Source of the DNA: Eledone cirrhosa
Lineage: Eukaryota
NCBI GenBank assembly: GCA_964016885.1
Contig: OZ024743.1
Location: 78,244,001-78,308,000 of the forward strand
Direction of reading: 5' to 3'
Length of the DNA stretch: 64,000 nucleotides
Shown here one piece after another: positions 1 through 12,035 of the stretch. The position numbers were made by a program, and so were the translations under genes. The notes beneath the pieces were generated by a model. It was not told the DNA's origin and searched no databases. It worked only from the letters and a program-made list of their open reading frames with translations. Each line of letters starts with the position of its first letter. Positions within the stretch are counted from its first letter, which is position 1.

Positions 1-15
1 ACTAATTCATCGCCG

Positions 16-16
<1 letters not shown>

Positions 17-100
<84 letters not shown>

Positions 101-101
101 G

Positions 102-190
<89 letters not shown>

Positions 191-235
191 ATATACATAT
201 ATTATATATATTACATATATTATATATATATATTA
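17..235. repeat. (TA)n microsatellite, one of many; others near 534, 18520, 19813, 25497, 31718, 36491, 43717, 48074, 51900, 52880, 56601, 58138, 63293
   Basis: Pure or near-pure TA dinucleotide runs. Confidence 0.98.
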
Positions 236-329
236 TATGATATATATATTATATGGGGTGCATAAGTGGAAATAATAGATACAGTTGTCCCATTTAGTAC
301 TAATCTTATTGTAAGGTGTAGGAGACACT

Positions 330-530
330 GTGAAAAGGATCCCAGTCCACATTGTAAATGAGGTTGGTGTTAGGAAGAGCATCCAGCTGTAAAAAAAACC
401 TGCCAGAGATGTTTCTGTGCGAGTGAGACATGGTCTCCCGACCATTCCTGCATCATGCATCAAATGGAACAAAACCGTCTAACCCATGCTAGCGTGGAAG
501 GTGGACGTTAAACGATGATGATGATGATGA

Positions 531-533
<3 letters not shown>
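330..533 (+). mobile_element. SINE/RTE 3' tail (octopus OK-SINE-like) ending in (GAT)n
   Basis: GTTGGTGTTAGGAAGAGCATCCAGCTGTA...ACCCATGCTAGCGTGGAAGGTGGACGTTAAACGATGATGAT; the same tail recurs at 9150-9325. Confidence 0.75.
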
Positions 534-592
<59 letters not shown>

Positions 593-2489
593 GAAACGAA
601 AGGAGCTGTGTGGTTACTAAAACCAAGGTTTAGGATGGTGGTTAGGACGGAACAGGAGGAGAAAGGAAGAAAGGAGTTTCCATCGTCAGCTGTAAATGTA
701 TCCCAAACCGATGTTTCGGCGCTGAATTACAGGACATCGGTGTAGTTGGGGTGCGCCCGAGGCCTTTTATTAATCCAAAAGGCCAGGTGGAAAAGGAGAG
801 AGAAAGAGAGAAAAAAAAAGGAGAGAGAGAAAAGGAAAGAGAGGGAAAGGAGGAAGAACGGGGGGGGGGTGAGGAGAGAGGAAGAAGGGAAAAATAGGAA
901 AGGAATAGAAGAAAAAAAAGTGTACAGATCCCCTCGTGAGAAGACACAGGTGAAAGAAACATGCAAAAAAACCGTGGAAAAATAGGGAAAGTAAGTTGTG
1001 GCCAACCTGGGAGATTTTAGCCTGGTGGTTAGCTACTACTCAGAGGTGGTATAATCGTGCTGCCTCTCACATAGACAGGAGAAAGTGTGAGAGAGAACGG
1101 GCAACCAAAAGTGAGGAGGAGAAGGGAAAGGAAGATAATCCAGAAGGGTTTTACCGGATCGATCTGCATAATGCACCACCGGCACCGCAACACCAGGTGG
1201 AGCGCATGCAGCGGACCACAATTGAACACTGCATATCTATGAATGCATGACAGCATAAGCTGATAGCAGTGAGAGTTCAAACGTTGCCCACCTCGTACAA
1301 CACCATAATAGCACTACCACACCTACTTGCGGACGCCGACTCATTACAAGTAGGATTGGGTCTACAGACATGTGTGGTTTTAAATTTTCAAAGTTTAACA
1401 TTTTTAAATTGTTGATTTCCGATATTCGATTCACGGTGCTTAATCCGCTACTTGGATGATGGACATGAGGCTGGTCTTAAGGCTAGTATCGCAGCTAATT
1501 GTAATGTTGATATTAATTTTAATTTTAATTGTGATTTTGATTTCAAGTTTTAATTTTGTCGTTCAATGCCGCCGATATACACACGCACACAACGCATGCT
1601 GCTGGCACATTACATCATACATACACTCCACGTGCATTCCATATATACTGTTATGAAGCACATACCCTTTATATTCTATGTATGCACCAAACCCATGTAC
1701 ATCTCACATATACTTTTGTGAAATGGATGTTACACATAAGCACAATATATATAACTCGTTTGTGCACGCACCCACGGCCCACACCTACTTACAAGCAACG
1801 AGACCTGCATCATGCGCAGGCTCCTACCCAGTGCCTTAGCCCAACAGCCCCCATGTATATCATATAAACATTGGCACCACAGCCCACAACTACAGTATGA
1901 AACGTTAAGCACACCTCGATAATGCCCCCCACCCTGCATCCCTGTCATGTATGCATTCTCTTTTTCCAGCATTTTATTTTATTGTATTTTATGTTTTATT
2001 TTATTATTGTATACTATTTCATTATTTTATGTTATGTACACACATGTTTTTTTTTTATATATATGGGCCACCCATGCTATATGCGATTAGTGCAGGGATA
2101 TTGTGCTGCCGTAACATGTAGGCATATTGTGCAGACACCCTCGGACTCACACCGCCATCTGATCAGGTTGGGTCAGGGCCTCAAATGTTTGTCTCATACA
2201 ATACTGTGTGCACCATCTGCGCAGCGGCGCGTGGGAGGACGGATGGGGGGGGGGGTACTCATCAAGTATATGCATCCGGTTTTGAGCACGCGGTATGTAT
2301 GCGTGCCCACACAGAGACGCATGAGCACGCGTGTGTGCATGCATGGGTCGATGTATTTGTCTGAGCATGTATGCCTGGGGGTACGGATGACTTTCCATGG
2401 AGTTTTCTTTTCCCATCTGCCTATATAAGTGTGCGGCGTCTACAAGTTCTTTCTTTTCCTTTCTCCTTTCCTTTTGAAACATGTACGGC

Positions 2490-3415
2490 GGAGTGTATCC
2501 TAAGGCTGTGTCCTACAAATGTTACGCTAAATATCCCCATGATTGTTTTTTTTTTAAATTCCCGCAAAACATTATTTATGATGAATGCCGCATACAGCAT
2601 AATTTCGGGTGTGTACCTGACCGATGTAGACTAAGGCACCTAGGGGCAATGAAGACGACGAAGTGATGCCAGCCGTTCAACATTACAACTCCTCTCCCAC
2701 CACAGTATTAATTCTAATACATGATGAAATTTTGATTGAATGGTGGAGAACGAGAGGAAGCAAGAAGTGGGCAACCATGAGTGGCTAGAAATACCGGTGA
2801 CGTGTACAATTCTTGATCACTCAAAGAATGACAACAACAGGATCTAAATCAATAAACGAAGAAATTCGATATTAAAGGACTATAGGAAAATCTGCTTCAT
2901 AGAATCGAGACGCATCTGACGACCGTGTTGATTTCAGAGTCAGGTGTATAACAGAATACTGGGTTGTATGAATATAACAGAATACTGGGTTGTATGAATA
3001 AAGTTTATTTAACAAGGTTGAGTTATGTAGAGCATAATAGTTGACATGCCAAGAGTTGATGAAATGGATGAATTAAAGTTAGTTATATTACCGTTTTGAA
3101 GTGAGCTCGCAAGAGACTATGTTCAGGGTTGCCGGAGAGTAGAGCCTCGGCGAACACGCCTGGCCGAAGGGCCAGGCACGTTAGAAGAGAGTGAGAGAGC
3201 TGAAAGTTGTCTCCTTTATAGGGGTCCCTGGACGGAAGTGACAAAGAAGGCTCTGCCACCTAAATGGGAAGTAACTCCAGCTACTTCCTGTCTAGAGAGC
3301 GGTGATGTGATTGTCATAAGAAGGGAGGCAACTCTTGCTACAGGTGTGATCACCATATCGATCGTGCCTCGAGATACATTTGTAATATATCCAATAAATT
3401 CCTTTTGTCGCAACA
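2490..3415 (-). mobile_element. LTR (2926-3415, TGTTG...CAACA) plus adjacent non-coding internal fragment of an LTR retroelement
   Basis: Terminal TGTTG/CAACA inverted pentamers and AATAAA. A diverged homologous copy in the opposite orientation at ~35030-35565 retains the LTR-internal junction. Confidence 0.6.
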
Positions 3416-3438
3416 CTGATTTTCTTTTTTCTGTGATA

Positions 3439-3470
<32 letters not shown>

Positions 3471-4529
3471 CCAGATAGAAAAATGTGTACAGCAAAAAAA
3501 AGTAATATTGTTGGAATATAAACCTTTAAAAATACAGGACAAGAAACTAAAATAAAACTTTAAAAGAATAGGACAAGAAACTAAGATAAAACTTTAAAAG
3601 AATAGGACAAGAAACTAAGATAAAACTTTAAAGAATTGGACAAGAAATAAAAAATTTTACAATAATATTAGTGGCAAAATTTTTATTGGTAAAAAATCGA
3701 GTTCCACATTCATAGGCTCTGGGTTCCACATTCAGAGGTCGTCGTCAGACCGGGGGCATCATTTGATCCTGGTTTGAACACCAATTGGGCCATAACCATA
3801 CCCCTATTTCATCATTCGGCGACACGCCTCATGTGTCATGCATAATGTGAATGGATCCATGGGCCCATGAGCACAGATCTTGAGCAGCAGCGGACGGTCT
3901 TGTCGACCCGCTCATCCTTGATCTTGACCAACCCGTCCATCTTCTCCTTGCATCTTGTCCTTGAGTTCAAGTCCGGCAGTCCAGATGAATGCGTGCCACA
4001 GCTTTCTGGTACAGGAAGGGGGAGCAGGAGGACTGGAGGGATGACGGGACAGAGGGAGGGAGGACTGGTGGTTGAGGGAGGTGCCGTAGTCGGTGGTCAG
4101 AGTCGACATCTTGTCCCGGTCGTCTTCTCCATCTTCGTCTGGTGTTGCGGGACAAGAAGTGCATTCTTGGAGGAGACCTGCAGCTGCATCGGCCAATTCT
4201 TCTTGCAATGGTCATTCTGACGGAGCAGAACTGCTCAGCCAACCAACCCCAACCAGAACCAACCGCTCAGAGGCAACGCACAATGAGAGCATGACAATTA
4301 TTATGCACTAATCAAGAAGATACTGGGGCATAGCACAGGAAACGAATAAAAAAAATTTGCCACTAATATTATTGTAAAATTTTTTATTTCTTGTCCAATT
4401 CTTTAAAGTTTTATCTTAGTTTCTTGTCCTATTCTTTTAAAGTTTTATTTTAGTTTCTTGTCCTGTATTTTTAAAGGTTTATATTCCAACAATATTACTT
4501 TTTTTTGCTGTACGCATTTTTCTATCTGG
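3471..4529. repeat. Inverted repeat pair (3471-3684 / 4350-4529) built partly from ~30-bp tandem subunits GGACAAGAAACTAAGATAAAACTTTAAAAGAATA
   Basis: Arms are near-perfect reverse complements and differ by one subunit; 665-bp spacer. Confidence 0.92.
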
Positions 4530-4803
4530 TCTACTATTTTTTAAGGCAATGCAAGCAACAACTATCTAATAATTAAATGATCATAGTGAATTACTGACAA
4601 GTGATTGACATTTTAAAGTTCTTTTGAGTATAATTGCAATCTAGTTGAGGCAACTGGCTTAATGACAAAGCTAGTAAATCATGAATGCATTTGAGATGAT
4701 TAGTGCATAATAGTGAATTAGTGAAACTTGTGCATTTCAATGGTGTTACAACAATAGATGTAAGTTATATAGTAGTAATACTTTATCATTTTAACTTTTT
4801 AGA

Positions 4804-5163
4804 ATGGACAAAAACCCATGCAAAGAAATGACTTTGACTGCAGTGATTCTCTCCAATTTACTTACAAAGCAAAACGTGGTCAAATACCTTATCATCTCTG
4901 ATAAAATGCCCATTGAATCACTGAAAATCGGATGCATGGAATTCCTCATAAAATGCACCTATGAATCGGAAGCCATCACATATATCAATGGATATAGGGA
5001 GTTGTTCACACTGGAAGCCCAACACTTCATTTGTGACTTCATCAGTTATCTCCACGATTATCTCAGACACCCAATGCCATTGATGAGAGGTGATCCAATG
5101 TGTGAGCATGTAACTAATCTTATAGAATTTGTTATCGACCACCTGGCTTTTAGTGACATTTGA
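4804..5163 (+). CDS. 119-aa intronless ORF with a BACK/BPM-like (BTB-associated helical) segment
   Basis: Non-repetitive ORF; LTKQNVVKYLIISDKMPIESLKIGCMEFL resembles the SPOP-type BACK pattern LsveNv..lL..Ad.....LK..c..fi. Flanked by a diverged direct repeat at ~4534-4675 and ~5216-5325. Confidence 0.45.
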   Translation: MDKNPCKEMTLTAVILSNLLTKQNVVKYLIISDKMPIESLKIGCMEFLIKCTYESEAITYINGYRELFTLEAQHFICDFISYLHDYLRHPMPLMRGDPMCEHVTNLIEFVIDHLAFSDI

Positions 5164-5343
5164 CTGATTTGACTGATAATGATGTATTTTTAAAAAGTAT
5201 GTGTACATTCTTGTTACTATTTTAAGGCAATGCAAGCAACAGCTATTTAATAAAATTTAAATTTAAAAATGACCATTGTGCATTACTAGTATGATGACAT
5301 TTTATTAAGTGACAAAATTAGTCAGTCAGCCATAGAACAAGGA

Positions 5344-5529
5344 TCAGGTGGCAAAAACATTGGCAAAAATTTGTGTCAATTTAAGATTTCCAACATTGTT
5401 CAAATGAATCATATCTGGTTTGAAGTCAGATTTGTCAAATTTTGACCAATTTTCAATATTGTGAAGATTGGGCAAGTTCAATTTTTGAATCATTTCTTTC
5501 ATGCAGTAATTAAACTTTTCCAAACGTCG
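5344..5529 (-). pseudogene. C-terminal fragment of an SGNH/GDSL esterase-like protein
   Basis: Manual translation RRLEKFNYCMKEMIQKLNLPNLHNIENWSKFDKSDFKPDMIHLNNVGNLKLTQIF* contains the block-V D-x-x-H-x-N-x-x-G motif. Confidence 0.5.
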
Positions 5530-5685
5530 TCATTTCTGGATTACCTCCCCTAGCGTCACGCTTACTACTAACTCACTTGAACACAAGATTTATCAGCAAA
5601 CTTTGATTATAAACTTTTTCCCGCTGGACCAAATTTCTAGATTTTTAAGCCAAAAGATGCGTAATGATTGCTAGACATTGCTAGA

Positions 5686-8600
5686 TTTGTACAGAGGAGT
5701 TGTGAGAAAAGTGAGGGTAGGAATGGAGTTTAGTGAGGATTTCCAGATACAAGTAGGAGTACATCAGGGTTCGGTCCTCAGCCCGCTCTTGTTCATTATA
5801 GTCCTCCAGCCATAACAGAGGAGTTTAGGACTGGCTGCTCATGGGAACTTCTCTATGCTGACGATCTGGTCCTTAAAGCAGAATCAGTAGAGGAGCTAGA
5901 GAATAAATTCTGGCTATGGAAATAGCAGTTGGAATTAAGAGGACTGAGAGTGAACCTAGCTAAGACAAAAGTGCTGATAAACAGAAAAGAGGACAAAACT
6001 CTGATTCCATCAGAGAAATGGCCATGTTCGATATGTAGAAAAGGAACTGGCATAAATTCTATAAAATGTACACAATGCAGATCTTGGGTAAACAAGAGAT
6101 GAGATGTAGTGGGATAGCAGGCAAACTAACAGGTAGGGAGAAATACTCTTGTTCGAGCAACCCTTCGTCTGCGACTGCGAGCGAAACCTCCTCCCAGCCG
6201 CCAGAAAAGGATCGACATCTCGCGACTCAAGCTCGATGCTGGAAATGCTTTCCGGCTAGAGCTGCAAAATCGATTCCAAATGCTGAGTAACGAAGTGGAA
6301 CAGCAACCGGAGCAGGAGTGGAACGTGCTCTGGGCGGCGACGGTTGAGGTGGCCAGGGAGCATCTCGGGTCGACCCGAGGACGCCATCGGGACTGGATCT
6401 CCAGCGGCAGTCTTGAACTCACGGAGAGGGCGAGAGTGGCCCGACTCGAGGGTGCATCCAATCTTCGAGATCTCCGACGTCGCACATCTCGGGATATTCG
6501 GGCCGATCGGAATGCACACTGGCGCGAGTTTGCAGAGCAGACGGAGAGGGCAGCAACCTGGTGAAGCGGGCCATCCGAAGCAGTACGGATATCAGGGAGA
6601 CGATCCGTGATCGGAACGGGGCGGTCATTACCAATCTTAATGACCGGCTAGTACGATGGCGGGACTATTTCTCCGAGCTGCTCAACCACTCGCCACCATC
6701 CACGCCAACCTACTTGCAACCTTCCGGAGAAGAATACGGGTGCAGGACTGCTCCCCCAACGGTTGAGGAGGTACGTGGTGTCCTGACACATCTCCGGAAC
6801 AACAAGGCGCCGGGGGAGGATAGCGTTCCAGCTTAGGTCTAGAAGGCCGAGCCTGATGTCTTCACAGCCTGGCTCCATCGAGTCTTCTCCTCGGTGTGGG
6901 CGACGGAGCGGTTCCCTGGTGACTGGAGTGAGGCAACTCTCCTACCCTTCTTCAAAAAGGGCGACAGGAAACTGTGTTCCAATTACAGGGGTATCAGTTT
7001 AATTGACGTTGCTGCCAATACCTTCGCAATTCTTCTGCTGAAGAGTTTCCAAGCCATCCGTGATGTCCGTACCCGTCCTTCTCAGGGCGGCTTCAGTCGG
7101 GGGGGGGGGGGGGGGGGGGGTGATCAAATCTTCATTCTCCGGCGTGTCCTGGAACAACGGTGGGCACATCAACAGCCTACCGTCCTCTGCTTCATCGACT
7201 TTGCAGCTGCCTTCGACTCGGTAGATCGGGAAGCCCTATGGCGTATAATGCAGGCGGACGGCATCCCAGTGAAGCTGCTTAGTCTCATACATGGCTACCA
7301 CCGGTCGACTCGGGCTCGAGTGAGGGTCTATGGTGGGGAGACGGAGTCGTTCGATGTTGGGACCGGTGTTCGGCAGGGGTGTTCGCTATCGCCAACTCTC
7401 TTTAACTACGCCATTGACTACACTCTCAACACAGCGCTCCGGGATTACCCGGGCGTAGAGGTCGTGGTGACGGACCTGGTCTACGCGGATGACATCGTGC
7501 TGATGGGCGCAAACGGGACAGATGTACAAGGTGCTCTCGAAAGGGTGCACACTGCAGCCGCCGCTGTTGGTCTACGAGTCAATGCCCCCAAGTCGAAGGT
7601 CATGACGTCACTGGTCTCGCCTGATGTCTGACAGCCAATATCTCTCGAGCGCGTGGACCTGGGGGGTGTAGAGTCCTTCGTTTACCTGGGCTCAACAGTG
7701 GTTCCAACGAGACAGGGCGCAGCCGAGGTCAAGCGTCGCATAGGTGCTGCCAGATCCGCTTTTGGGCGCCTACAGCGGTGTCTGTGGGACAGAAGAGAGA
7801 TCACCTCGGCGACCAAAGGGCGAATCTACCAGGCCGTCGTTCGCACTATCCTCATCTATGGCTGTAAGACATGGCCTATGAGGGTAGTCGATCAACGAGG
7901 GCTGGAGGTCTTCGACAATGACTGTCTCCACCGCATTCTTCGCTGTCGGCGCGTTGATCGGGTACCTACCACCAGTCTTCGTCTTCGCCTGAATCTTCGA
8001 CCCCTTCCTTCAGTGCTTCTGCAACGGCGCTTGAGATGGTTTGGTCACGCGGCTCGGTGCCCTGAGGGTGAGCTGATCCGCGATGTTCTCCTTCCACCTC
8101 CACTCCCTAACTGGCGCAAGCGCGTTGGCGGGCAGCTGAAGACCTGGGCAACGACGATCAAGGAGGACCTCTCCGAACTCTCAGGTCCGCAGTTGGTCGG
8201 CCTGCGCCGATGGAACCGTGACTGGCTCGCTATCTCCAGTGACCTAGCCCGGGACCGTCGTACGTGGGCTGCCATGGTTCGGGATGCCGTCACGACAAGG
8301 GAAGAAGCCGGCTCAACCCGTCCAGGGTGAATGTCGACACAAGTACAAGTACACGTAGGGAGAAATACGTATGCAGTAGATGTACAGGGAATTTGACAGT
8401 AGTAATCGCAGTGATAGACACATTTTTCCAATGCAGGTGGGTTCTATAGAAGTGGTTGATAGCTTCCGGTACCTAGGTGATCAGATTAGCATGACAGGGG
8501 TGTTCTGAGGCCATAGTATCTAGAATAAGGATGGGTTGGAAGAAGTTTAGGGAGCTGCATCCTTTGTTGACGAAAAAGGGTTTCTCCCTGCGTATGAAAG

Positions 8601-8870
8601 GCCGGTGATATGATGCCGGTGTGAGGTGCGTGATAATGCATGGTTGTGAGACATGGGTAGCAACTGCAGAGGATATGCGAGGGCTGGAGAGAAATAAAGC
8701 AAGCATTCTCGTTGGATGTGCAATGTCAATGTACGCTGAAGCTCACGGAGGAGATGACGAAGGACCGTCACAAGTGGTGAGATGATGTGCTGAATAGGAC
8801 CCGTCCCACCCTTGCAAGCAGGGAAAGGCGGACGTAAAATGATGATGATGTTGATGATGATGATGATGAT
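5686..8870 (+). mobile_element. 5'-truncated RTE LINE (pieces 5686-6146 and 8355-8870) with a Cys-rich insert after the RT core and a (GAT)n tail
   Basis: VGVHQGSVLSPLLF, LLYADDLVL, KWPCSICRKG...CTQCRSW...RCSG..YVCSRC; split by a nested LINE with a 14-bp TSD. Confidence 0.88.
6147..8354 (+). mobile_element. Nested 5'-truncated GC-rich RTE LINE (SR2-like), RT pseudogene
   Basis: NYRGISL, GVRQGCSLSPTLF, YADD, RLRWFGH; (ACAAGT)n tail; TSD GTAGGGAGAAATAC at 6133-6146 and 8355-8368. Confidence 0.93.
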
Positions 8871-8898
8871 ATTTATATATATTATGCATATATATTTG

Positions 8899-9325
8899 GG
8901 AGACCCGAGGAGACGTAGAATGAGGTGATAAAAGTCGACTTTACCCAATTGCACCTCTCAAGGGCGATGACACATGACCGTGACCTCTGGCGTCACGCAG
9001 TAATACAGAAGACCCACGGGTGAAAGGCGAAGCTGAAGCATATAGACAATATGCACCCATTCTAAAGTGGTCGTGGAGGTGCCACGCAAAAAAAGCACCC
9101 AGCCCACATTGTAAAGTGGGCGTGTAGGCGCCACGGAAAAAAAGCTCCCTGTACTCACTGTAAATGACGTTGGTGTTAGGAAGGGCATCCAGCTGTAGAA
9201 GTCAAGCCAGAATAAGTTCCCGTATGAACAAGACAAGGTCAGCCGACTGGACACTGCCAACAGCAGGACAACCAGTATGACCCATGCTAGCGTGGAAGAA
9301 CGGACGTAAAACGGTGATGATGATG
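8899..9325 (+). mobile_element. RTE 3' end with OK-SINE-like 3' UTR
   Basis: ORF-end remnant (HDRDLWRHAV) followed by the same tail as 330-533. Confidence 0.7.
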
Positions 9326-9965
9326 ACGTTGATGATATATTATATATATATGTATACATATCATCATCATCATTTTACGTCCGCTTTTCCCTGCTTGCAA
9401 GCGTTGGACGGGTCCTATTAAGCACAGCATCTCTCCACTTGTGACGGTCCTTAGTCATCTCCTCAGTGAGTTTCAGTGTTCTGAGGTCTGCTCTCATCAC
9501 CTCCGCCCATGTTTTCGTGGTCTACCTCTACTGCGTCTTCCTTCTACTGGGATTTCTTGGCACTTCTTTGCCCAGCGGGCATCCTCCATGCGCATCACAT
9601 GTCCATACCACCTCAGCCTTCTCTCCTGCACACCACAACTCGTCTCTGCTTGGTTGCACATCCAACAGAGCATACTTGCTTCATTTCTCTCCAGCCGTCG
9701 CATATCCTCTGCAGTTGCTGCCTATGTCTCACTACCATGCAGCATCGCGCATCTCACACAGGCATCATATAACCGTCCTTTCGTACGCAGGGAGAAACCC
9801 TTCTTTGTCAACAAAGGAAGCAGCACCCTAAACTTCTTCCAACCCGTCCTTATTCTAGATACTATGGTTCTATAGAAGTGGTTGATAGCTTCCGTATAGT
9901 GGCTTATTCTTCTCTAAGAACTTCTCTTGTAGTTTCCTCACTAAGAAGAGGGCTTCTGTTGTACT

Positions 9966-11211
9966 TGTAGCGGTTGTCTCCCTTGTTTGGATTAACGTCT
10001 GGACGGGAAGTGGGGCTCTTTCTGTAACTTCCGGTCAGAGCCCTATAAAACTAACAACTTTAAGCTCTCATTCTCTCATTGCCTTTTCGGCACCAGGCCA
10101 AGAGTCCCTCATTTGGCTCTGCCTCTCATTTGGCCAACAGGCGCCTGGCCTTAGCCAGGCATCCTCTGCCAGCCGCGTTGGCCTGGCAATCAAAACGGTA
10201 ACTACTAACTTTGCTTCATTCTATCAGCTATTTCTTTGACATGACAACTATACTATCTACAATTGTTAATTAAATATTATACACACAAACAATGTATTCC
10301 TTGTTACATTCATGCAACCCTATTACTCTCGCTATATTGGTAACCCTGACGTGATACGAACACGCAGCCGTTCATCGCTATAAGTGGTCACCCCCCCAAA
10401 AAAAAAGAAAAAAATAGCACATCTGGTTTTGTGTGAGTAACATTACGAATACACAGCAAATTTATCGACAAACTATGAAAATACTCAAGGACACGCACAC
10501 ACGCACATGTGGAATTCGCACAGACAGACTTTTTCTCTCACGCATCAACTAACTGTCGCATTTCACGATATATATACATGTTTCTCGTTTCTTACAACGA
10601 ACTCTTTCAAAACACAAAAAAAAAAAAAAAAAATTTGATATTCTTTAAAAAAAACATTTCAACAGGAACATTTATTTTCGATGAACCATTGCCTTTTTGT
10701 TCATCGTTTTCTTCATCGTTCAAGTTTTTTTTTCCCAAAGTTCACACCAATAATTATGCTGAGTGAAGCCTTTCTTTTTCATCATTGTCACTTTCAAAAT
10801 TGCACTATCATTTTCTCGCGCGTTAGAAATATTATTTTTTTCAACCTTGTATTGGCACGTGTAGGCAGCACAAATTCTCGATTCACAGAGATGTCTCTAC
10901 TCACAGACATAGCCGCACGCCAGAGATAACATTTCTCGCCAAGGATTCTTCAGCCTTAAGCTATATTCTTCTATTTGCCGGTTTATAAATTTACAATGTA
11001 AATTTACCGTTGATAACCGCGCATTTATTAAGAATGCTTATTTCTCTGGTCGCTGGCCTCTTGACCCTTCCAAGTCAACGCATTCTCAACATCGACCATC
11101 AACTTCGGCTGCTATTTCTAGCACTTTGCGCAACTCATTTTTTCTAAAAAAAAAAAAATTTTTTTTTTTTTTTACTGTGAATTTAAACACCGAATACGCT
11201 CACTCAGCGAG

Positions 11212-11242
<31 letters not shown>

Positions 11243-12035
11243 TACATCAACACAGCTTCACCAACAACCAAAGCCAGAGAATTTATTTTCGCAGCACTCT
11301 TCCTGTGAGAAAATCCATTCGGAGGTTGGAAATTTCACGATATACCACAGAACAGAGACCACCTGCATTCATTCTCTGGAACACACTTTCTTTCCTGCTG
11401 TCAAGTGATTGCACACCTGTGAACTATATTTTGTACATTTGAACTTTGAGCTCTTCTCTTACTTTATTATATTGTATCTTTGGGTGATGGATAGATGGAT
11501 GTCCAGTCGTTCTCTGGCCAAGAGCGGTTGGCTACCTTGATATCTATCATTGATTTTTGCAAACATTCTTTTGTCGTAATGTTCATGCCTGTTACAACAT
11601 TCTCGCCAACTTGCTACATATTTTCATTTCGATTTTTATACACTAAAATTCTGGCGGGAGGTTATGTAGCGGTTGTCTCCCTTGTTTGGATTAACGTCTG
11701 GACGGGAAGTGGGGCCCTTTCTGTAACTTCCGGTCAGAGCCCTATAAAACTAACAACTTTAAGCTCTCATTCTCTCATTGCCTTTTCGGCACCAGGCCAA
11801 GAGTCCCTCATTTGGCTCTGCCTCTCATTTGGCCAACAGGCGCCTGGCCTTAGCCAGGCGTCCTCTGCCAGCCGCGTTGGCCTGGCAATCAAAACGGTAA
11901 CTACTAACTTTGCTTCATTCTATCAGCTATTTCTTTGACATGACAACTATACTATCTACAATTGTTAATTAAATATTATACACACAAACAATGTATTCCT
12001 TGTTACATTCATGCAACCCTATTACTCTCGCTATA
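9966..12035 (+). mobile_element. Young non-autonomous LTR retroelement (TRIM/LARD-like): 371-bp direct LTRs at 9966-10336 and 11665-12035
   Basis: Two LTR mismatches seen. PBS TGGTAACCCTGACGTGAT (tRNA-Trp-like) at 10338; PPT GGCGGGAGG before the 3' LTR; 4-bp TSD TACT; non-coding interior. Confidence 0.93.

Noticed and set aside
670-745. Hammerhead-like words on - strand (CTGACGATGGAAACTC; CCGATG...CCGAAACATCGG)
   Set aside because: No proper stem II or III and the core is incomplete; at best a decayed remnant.
1436-1466. Isolated LIRYLDDG RT-like motif
   Set aside because: No supporting RT motifs on either side.
3530-3650. 30-bp repeats that could be read as a CRISPR-like array
   Set aside because: Head-to-tail tandem units with no unique spacers, in a eukaryotic context.
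5515-5650. Plus-strand VVISGLPP SGNH-like word
   Set aside because: Frame has multiple stops and overlaps the better-supported minus-strand SGNH fragment; probably chance.
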